Made by a program: the position numbers and the translations under genes | Notes under the pieces: model-generated | Database searches by the model: none | Told to the model about the DNA's origin: nothing | The model's input: only the letters and a program-made list of their open reading frames with translations | Source: Candidatus Methylomirabilia bacterium | GTDB lineage: Bacteria > Methylomirabilota > Methylomirabilia > Rokubacteriales > CSP1-6 | Assembly (NCBI GenBank): GCA_041497895.1 | Contig: JBGQHJ010000009.1 | Coordinates: 1 to 61,963 of the forward strand | Length of the DNA stretch: 61,963 nt | Direction: 5' to 3' | Part shown: one piece after another, positions 28,413 to 38,752 of the stretch | Position numbering within the stretch: the first letter of the stretch is position 1 | Layout of the letters: each line of letters opens with the position of its first letter

Positions 28413-28910
28413 ATGAAGGCACGGGGCACGGTGAAGGGCGACGCGGTGCGGGCCGAGGTGCGGAACCTCGTCCACGGGCCGTCGTACATGACGTTCGACG
28501 ACGTGGTGGCCGACTTCCCGATGAAGCACGTCAACACCCGTCCGCCGAACGTGCCCTACACCCCCTGGCACCTGCTCGAGCACATGCGGATCGCCCAGCG
28601 GGACATCCTCGAGTACATCGAGGACCCGGAGTACCGGCTGCCCACGTGGCCCGACGACTACTGGCCGAAGCCGGACGCGACCGCCGACGCGAAGGCATGG
28701 CGGAAGACGGTGGCCGCCTTCCGGCGGGACCGCGCCGCGCTCGAGAAGATCGCGGCCAACCCCCGCGTTGCCCTCGGCGCAGCGCTGCCCTACGCGCAGC
28801 AGCACCCCCTCATCCGCGAGCTGCTGATCGTCTCCGAGCACAACACGTATCACATCGGCGAGTTCGCGATCCTGCGCCAGGTGATGGGCACCTGGCCCGC
28901 GCGCCGCTGA
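28413..28910 (+). CDS. DinB family protein
   Basis: 'PYTPWHLLEHMRIAQRDIL' and 'HNTYHIGE' (His triad); GAGGAG RBS. Confidence 0.88.
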   Translation: MKARGTVKGDAVRAEVRNLVHGPSYMTFDDVVADFPMKHVNTRPPNVPYTPWHLLEHMRIAQRDILEYIEDPEYRLPTWPDDYWPKPDATADAKAWRKTVAAFRRDRAALEKIAANPRVALGAALPYAQQHPLIRELLIVSEHNTYHIGEFAILRQVMGTWPARR

Positions 28911-28923
28911 CGCGTCCTGCCGA

Positions 28924-29217
28924 TCAGGCGAGCAGGGCTCCCGCCGCGTAGCCGATCGCGCCGCCCACCAGGCAGACCAGCCGGGAGCGCGCCGGAGTGA
29001 CCAGGAGCGCGCCCGCGGCCGCGCCCAGCACCGGCGGCCCGGCGAGCGCGCCGCCGTCGCCGAGCAGCGTGGACGTGGCGAGCCCGGCGAAGATCGCGGC
29101 CGGAATGCGCGACAGGATGGTCTCGAAGCGCGGGCTCGGTTGGAGGAGGAACACCACCGCGGCCGCCCGGCTCCCGTACGTGATGAGCGCGACGACGACG
29201 AGACGCAGCGGGCTCAT
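28924..29217 (-). CDS. AzlD-domain membrane protein
   Basis: 'LITYGSR' and 'IPAAIFAGL'; downstream of an azlC-like gene. Confidence 0.7.
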   Translation of the reverse strand: MSPLRLVVVALITYGSRAAAVVFLLQPSPRFETILSRIPAAIFAGLATSTLLGDGGALAGPPVLGAAAGALLVTPARSRLVCLVGGAIGYAAGALLA

Positions 29218-29821
29218 CGGTCCCGCCCGGGCAGGGCCACCAGCACTCCCGCGACCACCGGGTCGCCGCGAGCGAGGCGAGGCCGATGAAGAGAACCGGG
29301 AAGATCGCGCCGGCCGCGCTCTCGACCGTGGTGAGCCCGCCCCCCAGCACGCCCACCAGGGTGCCCACGAGCCAGGCGACGTAGAGCGTCCGCCCGGCCA
29401 CGAGGAGCGTGCGCTCGGTGGTCGCTCCCATCGCGCGCGGCTCGACCGCGTTGCCGGCCGTGATCGCGAACCCGAACGTCTCGTCGACCAGGAAGAAGGC
29501 CAGGAGCGCCCGCCCGAGCGGCCCGCTCTCGAAGCGGGAGCGCAGGGCCGCGCCCAGCACGGGGTGGCGGAGGTTGAGCACGGCCGCGGTCAGCAGCAGC
29601 GGCAGGGTGGCGGTTCCGGCGCCGAGCAGGGCGACCAGCGCGAGCTGGAGCGCGCCGGAGTACACGAGGAGCGACGAGACCAGCGTCAGGGGCGCCCCGA
29701 GGACGCCGCGCGCCGCCGCGCCGTAGAGGGTGCCGAACACCGCCACCGCCGCCGCGGCGGGAAGGCTGCGGGCGATCACCGAGCGGACGCTCGGGATCGT
29801 CCGGGAGCGACCGGAGGACAC
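29214..29821 (-). pseudogene. AzlC family exporter, frameshifted near 29262
   Basis: 'SLLVYSGALQ', 'LNLRH' and 'VDETFG' lie in one frame. The hydrophobic tail 'PVVAGVLVALPGRDR*', which couples by ATGA to azlD, lies in another frame. Confidence 0.65.
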
Positions 29822-29824
29822 GGA

Positions 29825-31033
29825 CTAGATCGCGCCGCGCGCCCGGAGGTCGGCCATCTCGGTGGGCGAGAGCCCGAGCACCTCGGCCAGCACCTCGTCG
29901 GTATGCTGCCCCGCGAGCGGGGGCGGTGTCGTCACCGGCTTCGAGGACGAGAGATGGATCGGGCAGCCGGGCACCCGGAAGCGGCCGCGGGTGGGATGGT
30001 CGATCGTCTCGATCGCGCCGCGCGCGTTCAGGTGCGGATCGTCGAGCACCTCCTGGGTGTCCAGGATCGCGCCGCACGGCACGCCGGCCTTGCCCAGCAC
30101 CGCGAGCACCTCCTGCTTCGAGCGCGCGCCGGTCCACGCCCGCGCGATGCCGTTCAGCGCCTCGCGATGCTGCCACCGGGTGGGCGCGTCGACGCCGCGC
30201 GGGTCGGCGAGCAGGTCCTCGCGGCCGATGGCCCGCGCGAAGTCCTCCCACATGCCCTGGTTCATCGGCTGCACGTAGATGTACACGTAGTCGTTCGGCC
30301 CGCCCGGCGCGCAGGCGTAGAGGCCGTCGGGCACCGCGCCGGGCGGCGCCCCGTTGCCCCGGCGCGGGGTCGGCTTGCCGTCGCGGTAGTGGACCACGTA
30401 GCGCTGGCGGATGAGGTTCGCCACCGCCTCCTGCATCGAGACCTCGACGACCTGCCCCCGGCCGGTGCGCTGGCGCTCGATGATCGCGGCCATGATGCCG
30501 GCCGCCATGTGCACGCCCGCGCCGCTGTCGCCGATGTTGGCCCCGCACAGTACCGGCTCGCGATCGGGAAAGCCGGTGACGCTCATCACCCCGCCCATCG
30601 CCTGGGCGATCATGTCGAAGCTCTTGAACTCGTGATAGGGCCCCGAGAGCCCGAAGCCCTTGAGGCGGGCCAGGACGATCCGGGGATTCACCGCGGCCAG
30701 GCGCTCGTAGTCGAGCCCGAGCCGCTCCATGAGGCCGGGCGCGAAGTTCTCCGTCACCACGTCGGCCCGCTCGGCCAGCCGCAGGAAGAGCGCGTGCCCG
30801 TCCGGCTTCTTGAGGTCGATCGTGACGCTGCGCTTGTTGGCGTTGAAGAGCAGGAAGAACATCGCGTCGAGACCGGGCACCTCCGGCCGGTTCCGCCGCG
30901 ACTGCTCGCCGCCGGGCGGCTCGATCTTGATGACGTCGGCGCCGAGCCAGCCGAGGAGCTGGGTGCAGGAGGTGCCCGCCTCGAACTGGGTGAGGTCCAG
31001 GATCCGGATGCCGGTCAGCGCGCGCTCGGTCAC
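29825..31033 (-). CDS. Family III CoA-transferase (Frc/CaiB-like)
   Basis: 'LDLTQFEAG', 'GADVIKIE', 'NANKRS', 'ENFAPG' and catalytic Asp in 'IGDSG'. Confidence 0.9.
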   Translation of the reverse strand: MTERALTGIRILDLTQFEAGTSCTQLLGWLGADVIKIEPPGGEQSRRNRPEVPGLDAMFFLLFNANKRSVTIDLKKPDGHALFLRLAERADVVTENFAPGLMERLGLDYERLAAVNPRIVLARLKGFGLSGPYHEFKSFDMIAQAMGGVMSVTGFPDREPVLCGANIGDSGAGVHMAAGIMAAIIERQRTGRGQVVEVSMQEAVANLIRQRYVVHYRDGKPTPRRGNGAPPGAVPDGLYACAPGGPNDYVYIYVQPMNQGMWEDFARAIGREDLLADPRGVDAPTRWQHREALNGIARAWTGARSKQEVLAVLGKAGVPCGAILDTQEVLDDPHLNARGAIETIDHPTRGRFRVPGCPIHLSSSKPVTTPPPLAGQHTDEVLAEVLGLSPTEMADLRARGAI

Positions 31034-32154
31034 GATCGGTCGAGCCCGTAGAAGCGCCGCGCGCCCCCGCCCAGGATCTCGCGCTTGGTGGCCTCCGACA
31101 GCTCGGGCCGCCCCGCGATCATCGCGGGAGCCCCGGGGAAGAAGCCGTCCGGGTGCGGGTAGTCGGTCGCCCACAGGATCTTGTGCGGGCCGATGTAGTC
31201 GGCGAGCACGCCGAGGCAGCCCTCGACCGGCTCGAACGAGATCCAGCAGTTGCGCTGGAACAGCTCGCTCGGCCGCATCGACAGCCCCGAGTCGTTGAAG
31301 CCCTGGTCGTCGAAGTGTCGGTCCATGCGGTCGAGCCACGGCGCGATCCAGCCGCCGCCCGATTCGAGGAAGGCGATGCGCAGCCTCGGGTAGCGGTCGC
31401 AGACCCCGCCCCAGATCACGCTCATGGCGGCGAGCATCATCTCCAGGGTGTGCGAGATGATGTGCTTGGCCCCGCGCGTCTCGAAGCGGTCCACGCCCAC
31501 CTGGGGCATGCCGCCGCTGGCGCCCTCGTGCAGCCCGATGGCGAAGTCGAGCTCCTGCGCCTCTTCCCAGAAGGGCGCGTACGCGGGGTCGTGCAGCGTC
31601 CGCCCGTTGTACGGGTTCGGGCGCAGGAAGCCGCCGCGCATGCCGAGCTCCCGGCGCGCGAAGCGCATCTCCTCGATGGCCAGCTCGATCGATTGCATCG
31701 GCAGCATCGCCACCCCGAACAGGCGGTCGGGATAGGGCCGGCAGTACTCGGCGAGCCATCGGTTGTAGGCGCGACACATCGCCCCCGCGAGCGCCGGCTC
31801 CCGGACCGCGCCCGCGAAGAGGCCCACGCTCGGGTAGAGGAAGGCCGCGTCGATGCCGTCCAGGTCCATGTCGGGGATGCGCGCGTGCGGATCGAACCCG
31901 CCCGGGCGCCCGTCCACGTACTTCATGGTCGCCTCGGGCACCTCGCCCTGCCGGGACCCGATGGCGCCGACCACGTTGAAGCCCTTCTTGCTGCCCAGCA
32001 CCTGCCCCTCCACGAGCAGGCGCTCCTTGCCGTCGGTGTCGATGATCATCCGCGGTGCGCGGTCGCGGTAGGACGGGTCGATGTACTTGTCCCAGAGGTC
32101 CACCGGCTCGAGGACGTGACCGTCGGCGTCGATGATGTTGTACGTGCGGGCCAT
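31030..32154 (-). CDS. Amidohydrolase_2 family protein
   Basis: 'IDADGH', 'AYNRWL', 'LESGGGW' and 'WATDYPH'; AAAGGAG RBS. Confidence 0.9.
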   Translation of the reverse strand: MARTYNIIDADGHVLEPVDLWDKYIDPSYRDRAPRMIIDTDGKERLLVEGQVLGSKKGFNVVGAIGSRQGEVPEATMKYVDGRPGGFDPHARIPDMDLDGIDAAFLYPSVGLFAGAVREPALAGAMCRAYNRWLAEYCRPYPDRLFGVAMLPMQSIELAIEEMRFARRELGMRGGFLRPNPYNGRTLHDPAYAPFWEEAQELDFAIGLHEGASGGMPQVGVDRFETRGAKHIISHTLEMMLAAMSVIWGGVCDRYPRLRIAFLESGGGWIAPWLDRMDRHFDDQGFNDSGLSMRPSELFQRNCWISFEPVEGCLGVLADYIGPHKILWATDYPHPDGFFPGAPAMIAGRPELSEATKREILGGGARRFYGLDRS

Positions 32155-32257
32155 TGAAGGTCTCCTTTCTCGACTCGGGGAGACTCTAGCAGCGCCGCGC
32201 CCCGTCCGCACCATCCTTGACAGCCGCGGGCGGGTATTGTGTGATACCGCTGCGCCG

Positions 32258-33259
32258 ATGGAGTCGAGCACCATTCCCGCCTTCCTGAGCATCGATGTCG
32301 AGCCGGACGGCTTTCAGCTGGATCGCCGCGACCCGCCTCCGTGGGCGGGCTACCTGGCCCTCGTCGACCAGATCACCCGGCTACGGGCGGACCTCACCGG
32401 CTGGACCGGGCGCACCCCGCGGTTCGGCTGGTACGTGCGTACCGATCCCCAGATCGCCGAGGTGTACGGACGCCCCGACCACGCCCTGGTCGCGTTTCCC
32501 GAGTGCGCCGCCCGGCTGCAGGCCGCCGGCGACTACTGGGGCGTGCACTCGCACCCGATCCGCTGGGCCCCCGAATCCGGCCAGTGGGTGCACGAGTTCG
32601 GCGACGGCGACTGGCCGGCCCAGGCCACCCGGTTCGCGCTGGACGCCTTCGGCGGGTGGGCGGGCGCGCCGCCGCGGCTCTTCCGGGCCGGATCGGCGTT
32701 CCTCACCGACCGCATCGTCGAGACCGTCGAGCAGGCCGGCGTCGCGATCGACCTCTCGCTCGAGCCGGTCACCGGCTGGGGGGTGGGCGCCGCGACGATG
32801 CCGTCCGGCGTGGACGCCGCGCCGGTCGTGGGCTCGTACACCGATTGCGGGGGCGCGCCGCGGGAGCCCTACCGTCCCGCGCACCACGATTTCCGCGTCG
32901 ACGGAGGCCGCGCGGGCCGGCGGCTGCTCATGGTGCCGCTCACCACGCGCTCTCTCGTCCCGACGCGACCGCGGTGGCGGCGGGTGGCGCGGCGCGTGGT
33001 GCGCGGCCGGGCGCCGTCCGCGGTGGAGGTGCTCTATCCCTCCGCCGGCTGGCCCAGCGCGCACGCGTACTGGGACGTGGTCGACCGGCAGCTCCGGTCG
33101 ATGCGCCGGCCCTACCTCTCCCTCGGTATCCGGACGGACGCGCCCACCTCCGAGGTGGCCGGCAAGGTCCGCCGGATCTTCGACGCCTTGGCGGAGCATC
33201 CGCTCGCCCAGCGGCTCCGCTTCGAGAATCCGCTCACCACCTTTCGCGACTCGCTCTAG
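32258..33259 (+). CDS. Hypothetical protein, possibly polysaccharide-deacetylase (NodB)-like fold
   Basis: 'LSIDVE', 'GVHSH' and 'FRAG' resemble deacetylase metal-binding motifs; TTGACA at 32217-32222 upstream. Confidence 0.55.
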   Translation: MESSTIPAFLSIDVEPDGFQLDRRDPPPWAGYLALVDQITRLRADLTGWTGRTPRFGWYVRTDPQIAEVYGRPDHALVAFPECAARLQAAGDYWGVHSHPIRWAPESGQWVHEFGDGDWPAQATRFALDAFGGWAGAPPRLFRAGSAFLTDRIVETVEQAGVAIDLSLEPVTGWGVGAATMPSGVDAAPVVGSYTDCGGAPREPYRPAHHDFRVDGGRAGRRLLMVPLTTRSLVPTRPRWRRVARRVVRGRAPSAVEVLYPSAGWPSAHAYWDVVDRQLRSMRRPYLSLGIRTDAPTSEVAGKVRRIFDALAEHPLAQRLRFENPLTTFRDSL

Positions 33260-33273
33260 GAGGAAGACCGATC

Positions 33274-34242
33274 ATGCTGACGCGCAGGCTGGGACGCACC
33301 GGACTCAAGGTCGCCGCGCTGTGCCTGGGGGGCAACACCTTCGGCTGGACCACGGACCAGAAGGCGTCGGAGGCCGTGCTCGACGCCTACGTCGAGGCGG
33401 GCGGCAACTTCATCGACACCGCCGACGTGTACTCGCGCTGGGCGCCCGGCAACAAGGGCGGCGAGTCGGAGACCGTGCTCGGCGTCTGGCTCACCGCGCG
33501 GAAGCACCGTGACGCGGTCCTGATCGCCACCAAGGTCTGCGGGCCGATGGGCGCGGGGCCGAACGACAAGGGGCTCTCGCGGGCCCACATCATGGCGGGC
33601 GTCGAGGCCTCGCTGCGGCGCCTGCAGACCGACTACATCGATCTCTACCAGGCGCACTGGGACGACCAGGAGACCCCGCTCGACGAGACCCTCCACGCCT
33701 TCGACGACCTGGTGCGCCAGGGCAAGGTGCGCTACGTGGGCGCCTCCAACTACCCGGCCTGGCGGCTCACCCGGGCGCTCTGGGAGAGCGACCGGCAGCG
33801 GACCGTGCGCTACGAGTGCCTGCAGCCCAAGTACAACCTGGTGATCCGCGACGAGTACGAGCGCGAGCTCGAGCCGCTCTTCCTCGAGCAGGAGATCGGG
33901 GTGATCCCCTACTTCTCGCTCGCGAGCGGTTTCCTCTCCGGCAAGTATCGCGCGGGCGAGGCGCTGCCCAAGACCGCGCGCGCGGCCGGCGTCGAGAAGA
34001 CCTACATGAACGAGCGGGGCTTCCGCGTGCTGGCCGCGGTCGAGAAGGTGGCCGCCGCGGTCAACGCGAAGCCGGCCCAGGTCTCGCTCTCGTGGCTCGC
34101 GCACCGGCCCGGTATCACCGCGCCGATCGCGAGCGCCACGTCTGCGGCGCAGGTCAAGGATCTGGCGGCTGGGATCGAGCTCCGGCTCGACGCCGAGGCC
34201 ACCGCCGCCCTCGATCAGGCCAGCGCCTGGCGCGAGGGCTAG
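33274..34242 (+). CDS. Aldo/keto reductase
   Basis: 'FIDTADVY', 'IATK', 'DYIDLYQAH' and 'GKVRYVGASN'. Confidence 0.93.
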   Translation: MLTRRLGRTGLKVAALCLGGNTFGWTTDQKASEAVLDAYVEAGGNFIDTADVYSRWAPGNKGGESETVLGVWLTARKHRDAVLIATKVCGPMGAGPNDKGLSRAHIMAGVEASLRRLQTDYIDLYQAHWDDQETPLDETLHAFDDLVRQGKVRYVGASNYPAWRLTRALWESDRQRTVRYECLQPKYNLVIRDEYERELEPLFLEQEIGVIPYFSLASGFLSGKYRAGEALPKTARAAGVEKTYMNERGFRVLAAVEKVAAAVNAKPAQVSLSWLAHRPGITAPIASATSAAQVKDLAAGIELRLDAEATAALDQASAWREG

Positions 34243-34258
34243 GCTCGCTGCCAGCGGT

Positions 34259-37200
34259 ATGACCTGTTCGGCCTGCGGTCAGGCGAATCCCGCGGCCGCG
34301 CAGTTCTGTGGCGGCTGCGGGGCGCGCCTGGCCGTGGCCTGCCCCGCGTGCCAGGCGTCGAACCCGCCGGACAATCGCTTCTGTCACCGGTGTGGTGGCG
34401 CGCTCGAATCGAGGCCGGCCGCCGTCGATCCGTCTCCGTCACCCCGCTCCTACACACCCCGGCACCTGGCCGAGAAGATCCTCACCACCGGCGCCGCGCT
34501 CAAGGGCGAGCGGAAGCAGGTCACGGTGCTGTTCGTCGACGTCTCCGGCTTCACGTCGCTGTCCGAGCGGCTCGATCCCGAAGAGGTCCACCGGCTCATG
34601 AGCCGCGCCTTCGACCTGATGCTGGCCGAGGTGCATCGCTACGAGGGCACGGTCAACCAGTTCCTGGGGGACGGGATCATGGCGATCTTCGGCGCGCCGA
34701 TCGCGCACGAGGACCACGCGATCCGGGCCGTGCACGCCGCGCTCGGCATCGCGCGGACGCTCGACGCCTACCAGGCCGAGCTGCGGCCGCGCGGCATCCG
34801 CTTCCAGGCCCGCCAGGGGCTCAACACCGGGCTGGTGGTGGTGGGCAGCATCGGCAGCGACCTGCGCATGGACTACACCGCGGTGGGTGACGCCACCAAC
34901 GTGGCGGCGCGCATGCAGCAGGTGGGAGAGCCCGGGCGGGTGACGATCTCGGAGGCGACCCACCGGCTCGTGCGCGGCTACTTCGACACCCGACCGCTCG
35001 GGGAGCTACCGATCAAGGGCAAGGCGGAGCGCATCGCGGCGTGGGAGGTCGTGGCGGCGCGTGAGACGCGCACGCGCCTTGAGGTCTCCGCCGACCGCGG
35101 GCTCACCCCGTTCGTGGGCCGCGAGCGCGAGCTGAGCTTGCTGCTCGAGGCCTTCGAGCGCGCCCGCGGCGGGCACGGGCAGGTGGCGTTCCTCGTGGCC
35201 GAGGCGGGGATGGGCAAGTCGCGCCTGCTCGCCGAGATGCGCCGGCGGATCGCCGGGGAGGCCGGGTGGCAGGAAGGGCACTGCCTGTCCTTCGGTCGGG
35301 CGATGGCCTTTCACCCGGTGGCAGACCTGCTGCGGCGGCAGCTCGAGATCGAAGAAGGGGACGACGAGGCGGCCGTCGCCGCGAAGGTCGAGCGCGGCCT
35401 GGCTGAGATCGGCCCGGATCTCGCGGCGGGCGCGCCGTATCTTCGCGCGCTGTTGTCGATCGATCCGGGCGATCCCGATGTGCGCGCGATGAGCCCGGCG
35501 CAGCGGCGCGCCGAGACCTTCGAGGCACTGCGGAGCTTGCTGGTCCGGAGTGCCGAGCGGCAGCCGCAGGTGCTCGTGATCGAGGACCTGCACTGGATTG
35601 ATAGCGCGAGCGAGCAGTTCCTGACGACCCTGATCGAGAGCGTCCCGGCCCTGCGCGTGCTGCTCGTGTTCACCTACCGGCCGGGCTACGTGAACCCGTT
35701 CGGGGAGCGAAGCTACTTCACGCGGATCGTGCCGGCCGCCCTGTCGACCGACGAGAGCGCGCGCATCGCGGAGTCGGTCCTCGGGGTCGACGTGCTTCCG
35801 GAGGACCTGCGATCCGTCGTCGCGGCGAAGGCCGAGGGCAATCCCTTCTACATCGAGGAGCTGGTCAGATCGCTGGAGGAGAGCGGTGTGCTCCAGCGGG
35901 TGGAAGGGCGCCTCGCCCTCACCCGGCCGCTGTCGCAGATCGCGATTCCCGGCACCGTCCAGGACGTGATCGCGGCGCGGATCGATCGCCTGGCCGAGGC
36001 GCCCAAGCTCACGCTCCAGCTCGCCTCGGTGATCGGGCGCGAGTTCAGCCGGCGTTTGGTCGACCGTGTCTCCCAGATCGGGGAGGGTACCGACAGCGCG
36101 CTGCGCGAGCTGAGCGCGCTCGAGCTCATTCACGAGCGGCGCCGGCTTCCCGAGCTGGCCTACGCGTTCAAGCACGCGCTGACCCAGGACGTGGCCTACG
36201 CCTCGCTGCTCGTGCAGCGACGCCGCGAGCTCCACCGACTCGTGGGCACCGCCATCGAGGAGATCTACGACGATCGCCTGCCCGAGCTCTATGAAGTCCT
36301 CGCCCATCACTTCTCACACACCGACGACGCGGCGCGGGCGCTCGCCTACCTGGTGCGGGCGGCCGAGAAGGCGACGCGGGCCTTCGGCCTGCGGCAGGCG
36401 ATCGATCTGTACGGAGAGGCGCTGGCCGCCGCCGCCCGGCTCGAGGATCGCGCACCCGCGACGACGCTGATGGCCATCCATACCGCGCGCGCGGACCTCT
36501 TCTTCGGCGTCGGCGACTTCGAGCGCTCGCGCGAGGCGGCCGAGACCGTCGTCGACCTGGCCCGGCGCGCGCAGGACCGACCTGCGGAGGCCAATGCGCT
36601 GATCCAGTGCGCCTCGGCGCTGCAGTGGGCCGAAGACTTCCCGGCGGCCCTGGAGCACGCGCAGGAGGGGATCGAGCTGGCCGAGACGGCGGGAGCCCAG
36701 CGGCCGCTGGCCGGCGGCTTGTACGTCCGCGGGTACGTGCACGCGGTCAGTGGCCGCCTCGACGCGGCGAAGGATGATGTGGAGCGCGCGCTGGCCATCG
36801 GGCGGGCGGTCGGCGATCCCGCCCGGCAGGCCCTGGCGCTGCACATACTCGCGATGCACTCGGCCTGGCAGGGCGACTACCGGGGGAGCCTGGAGCTGGC
36901 GGGCGAGGGGGTCCGCCTCGCCCGCGAGCATCGCCTGGTCATCCCGCTGCTGCGCTGCTTCTGGAATCAGGGAGCGGCGTCGAACGACGCGGGCGAGTAC
37001 GACGCCGGGCTCGCCGCCCTGACCGAAGGGCTGGCCCTCGCCGAGCGGATCGGCGACGACGCTTTCATCCCTCGCTTCCAGAACACGCTCGGCTGGCTGC
37101 ACATGGAGTGCGGTGATCTCGGCCGGGGCATGGAGCTGTCCGAGCAGTCCTACGAGGTGACCGGCCGCTCGTCGCGGGCCGGGCACGGGACCGGAGCCGA

Positions 37201-37771
37201 GCGCCGGGCTTTCATCCGGAACAACGAGGCCGACGCCTGGATGACCCGCGGCGACCTCGCCAGCGCGGCCGACGCGCTGGCGGAGTCCAGCCACATCGTC
37301 CGGCATCCGCCGCCGTCCCGCTGGATGACGTGGCGCTATGCGACCCACTGTTACGCGAGCCAGGGCCAGCTCGCTCTGCTGCAGGGCGACCCCGACCGGG
37401 CGCGCCGGCTCGCCGACCAGAGCCTCGAGCTGAGTGTGCCGACGCATTCGCGCAAGTTCGAGGCCTGGGCGTGGCGCATCAAGGGCGAGAGCGCTACCGC
37501 GCGGCGGGCGTGGGACGAGGCGGAGGACGCGCTGCGGCGCTCACTCGCTCTGGCGGAGGCGATCGGCCAGCCGCGCCAGACCTGGCTGAGCCACGTCGCG
37601 CTCGGACGGCTCGACGCGGCGCGGGGGCGGCGGGACGACGCGAGGGCGCGGTACCGCGGCGCGTGGGCTATCATCACGGGACTGCGAGCGACCACGCGGG
37701 ATCCCGGCCTTCGGGCTGGGCTCGAGTCATCGCCGCTCATTCGCGAAGTCGAAACCCTGATCGGGAGGTAG
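34259..37771 (+). CDS. Double zinc ribbon - class III adenylate/guanylate cyclase - AAA/STAND ATPase - TPR protein
   Basis: Four CxxC pairs; cyclase motifs 'LFVDVSGFT', 'GDGIMA' and 'GDATNVAARM'; Walker A 'AEAGMGKS'; Walker B 'VIEDLHW'; 'GNPFYIEE'; helical repeats. Confidence 0.92.
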   Translation: MTCSACGQANPAAAQFCGGCGARLAVACPACQASNPPDNRFCHRCGGALESRPAAVDPSPSPRSYTPRHLAEKILTTGAALKGERKQVTVLFVDVSGFTSLSERLDPEEVHRLMSRAFDLMLAEVHRYEGTVNQFLGDGIMAIFGAPIAHEDHAIRAVHAALGIARTLDAYQAELRPRGIRFQARQGLNTGLVVVGSIGSDLRMDYTAVGDATNVAARMQQVGEPGRVTISEATHRLVRGYFDTRPLGELPIKGKAERIAAWEVVAARETRTRLEVSADRGLTPFVGRERELSLLLEAFERARGGHGQVAFLVAEAGMGKSRLLAEMRRRIAGEAGWQEGHCLSFGRAMAFHPVADLLRRQLEIEEGDDEAAVAAKVERGLAEIGPDLAAGAPYLRALLSIDPGDPDVRAMSPAQRRAETFEALRSLLVRSAERQPQVLVIEDLHWIDSASEQFLTTLIESVPALRVLLVFTYRPGYVNPFGERSYFTRIVPAALSTDESARIAESVLGVDVLPEDLRSVVAAKAEGNPFYIEELVRSLEESGVLQRVEGRLALTRPLSQIAIPGTVQDVIAARIDRLAEAPKLTLQLASVIGREFSRRLVDRVSQIGEGTDSALRELSALELIHERRRLPELAYAFKHALTQDVAYASLLVQRRRELHRLVGTAIEEIYDDRLPELYEVLAHHFSHTDDAARALAYLVRAAEKATRAFGLRQAIDLYGEALAAAARLEDRAPATTLMAIHTARADLFFGVGDFERSREAAETVVDLARRAQDRPAEANALIQCASALQWAEDFPAALEHAQEGIELAETAGAQRPLAGGLYVRGYVHAVSGRLDAAKDDVERALAIGRAVGDPARQALALHILAMHSAWQGDYRGSLELAGEGVRLAREHRLVIPLLRCFWNQGAASNDAGEYDAGLAALTEGLALAERIGDDAFIPRFQNTLGWLHMECGDLGRGMELSEQSYEVTGRSSRAGHGTGAERRAFIRNNEADAWMTRGDLASAADALAESSHIVRHPPPSRWMTWRYATHCYASQGQLALLQGDPDRARRLADQSLELSVPTHSRKFEAWAWRIKGESATARRAWDEAEDALRRSLALAEAIGQPRQTWLSHVALGRLDAARGRRDDARARYRGAWAIITGLRATTRDPGLRAGLESSPLIREVETLIGR

Positions 37772-37773
37772 CC

Positions 37774-38721
37774 ATGGCGGTCGAGCTCGGCGTCCTCATT
37801 CCCACCCGCGAGAGCATCATGTCCGGCCGCCCCGGGACCGGTCCGCTCATCACCATGGCCGAGCGCGCGGAGGCGGCGGGATTCGACTCGGTCTGGATCG
37901 GCGACTCGATCACCGCGCGGCCCCGCCACGAGCCGCTGACCTTGATGGCGGCCATCGCGGCACGCACGCGCCGGGTGCGCCTCGGCACCGGAGTGCTGCT
38001 GCCCGCGCTGCGCAACCCGGTGGTGCTCGCGCACCTGATCGGCACCGTGGACCGCGTGGCCGAGGGGCGCATGATCCTAGGGGTGGGTATCGCGGCCGAC
38101 GGCCCGGCCATCCGGAAGGAGTTCGCGGCCTGCGGCGTGCCGTGGGACCGGCGGGTGGGCCGCTTCCTCGAGACGCTCGAGATCTGCCGCGCGCTCTGGA
38201 CTCGCGACGGGGTCACGTTCGCCGGCAAGCACTTCACGCTCGAGGGCTCCACCGTCGAGCCCAAGCCGCACCGGCCCGGCGGCCCGCCGATCTGGATCGG
38301 CGGCAGCGGCCCCACCGCCTTCCGCGAGGCCGCCCGCTTCGACGCGTGGTTCCCGACCGGGCCGAGCGTGGAGTTCTTCGCCGAGCACTTCCCGCGCATC
38401 CAGGCCGCGGCCCGCGCGGCCGGGCGCCCCGCGGACGCGGTCACCGGCGCGGCCTACGTCACGCTGGCGCTCGACCCGAGCAAGACCGCGGCCGAGCAGC
38501 GCCTCCACACGTTCCTCGAGACGTACTACGCGGCGCCCGCCGCCGCGCTCATGGCGCGACAGGCCACCTACGCGGGGCCCGTCGAGGGCTGCGTGGAGTG
38601 GCTGCAGCGCTGGATCGACGCGGGCGCGCGCCACCTGGCCCTGCGCTTCGCGGGCGGCGACCAGCTCGCGCAGGTCGACGAGGCCGCGCGTCTCCTCCTG
38701 CCCAAGCTCAAGGGCCGCTGA
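37774..38721 (+). CDS. LLM class flavin-dependent oxidoreductase
   Basis: 'GFDSVWIGD', 'LGTGVLLPALRNP' and 'PPIWIGG'. Confidence 0.88.
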   Translation: MAVELGVLIPTRESIMSGRPGTGPLITMAERAEAAGFDSVWIGDSITARPRHEPLTLMAAIAARTRRVRLGTGVLLPALRNPVVLAHLIGTVDRVAEGRMILGVGIAADGPAIRKEFAACGVPWDRRVGRFLETLEICRALWTRDGVTFAGKHFTLEGSTVEPKPHRPGGPPIWIGGSGPTAFREAARFDAWFPTGPSVEFFAEHFPRIQAAARAAGRPADAVTGAAYVTLALDPSKTAAEQRLHTFLETYYAAPAAALMARQATYAGPVEGCVEWLQRWIDAGARHLALRFAGGDQLAQVDEAARLLLPKLKGR

Positions 38722-38752
38722 TTCCCAACCCATCCCTCATCGGAGGTCGGAC

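Noticed and set aside
32217..32250. Complete sigma70 promoter at TTGACA 32217
   Set aside because: The -35 is perfect but no convincing -10 lies at 16-18 nt spacing, so I did not call it as a feature.
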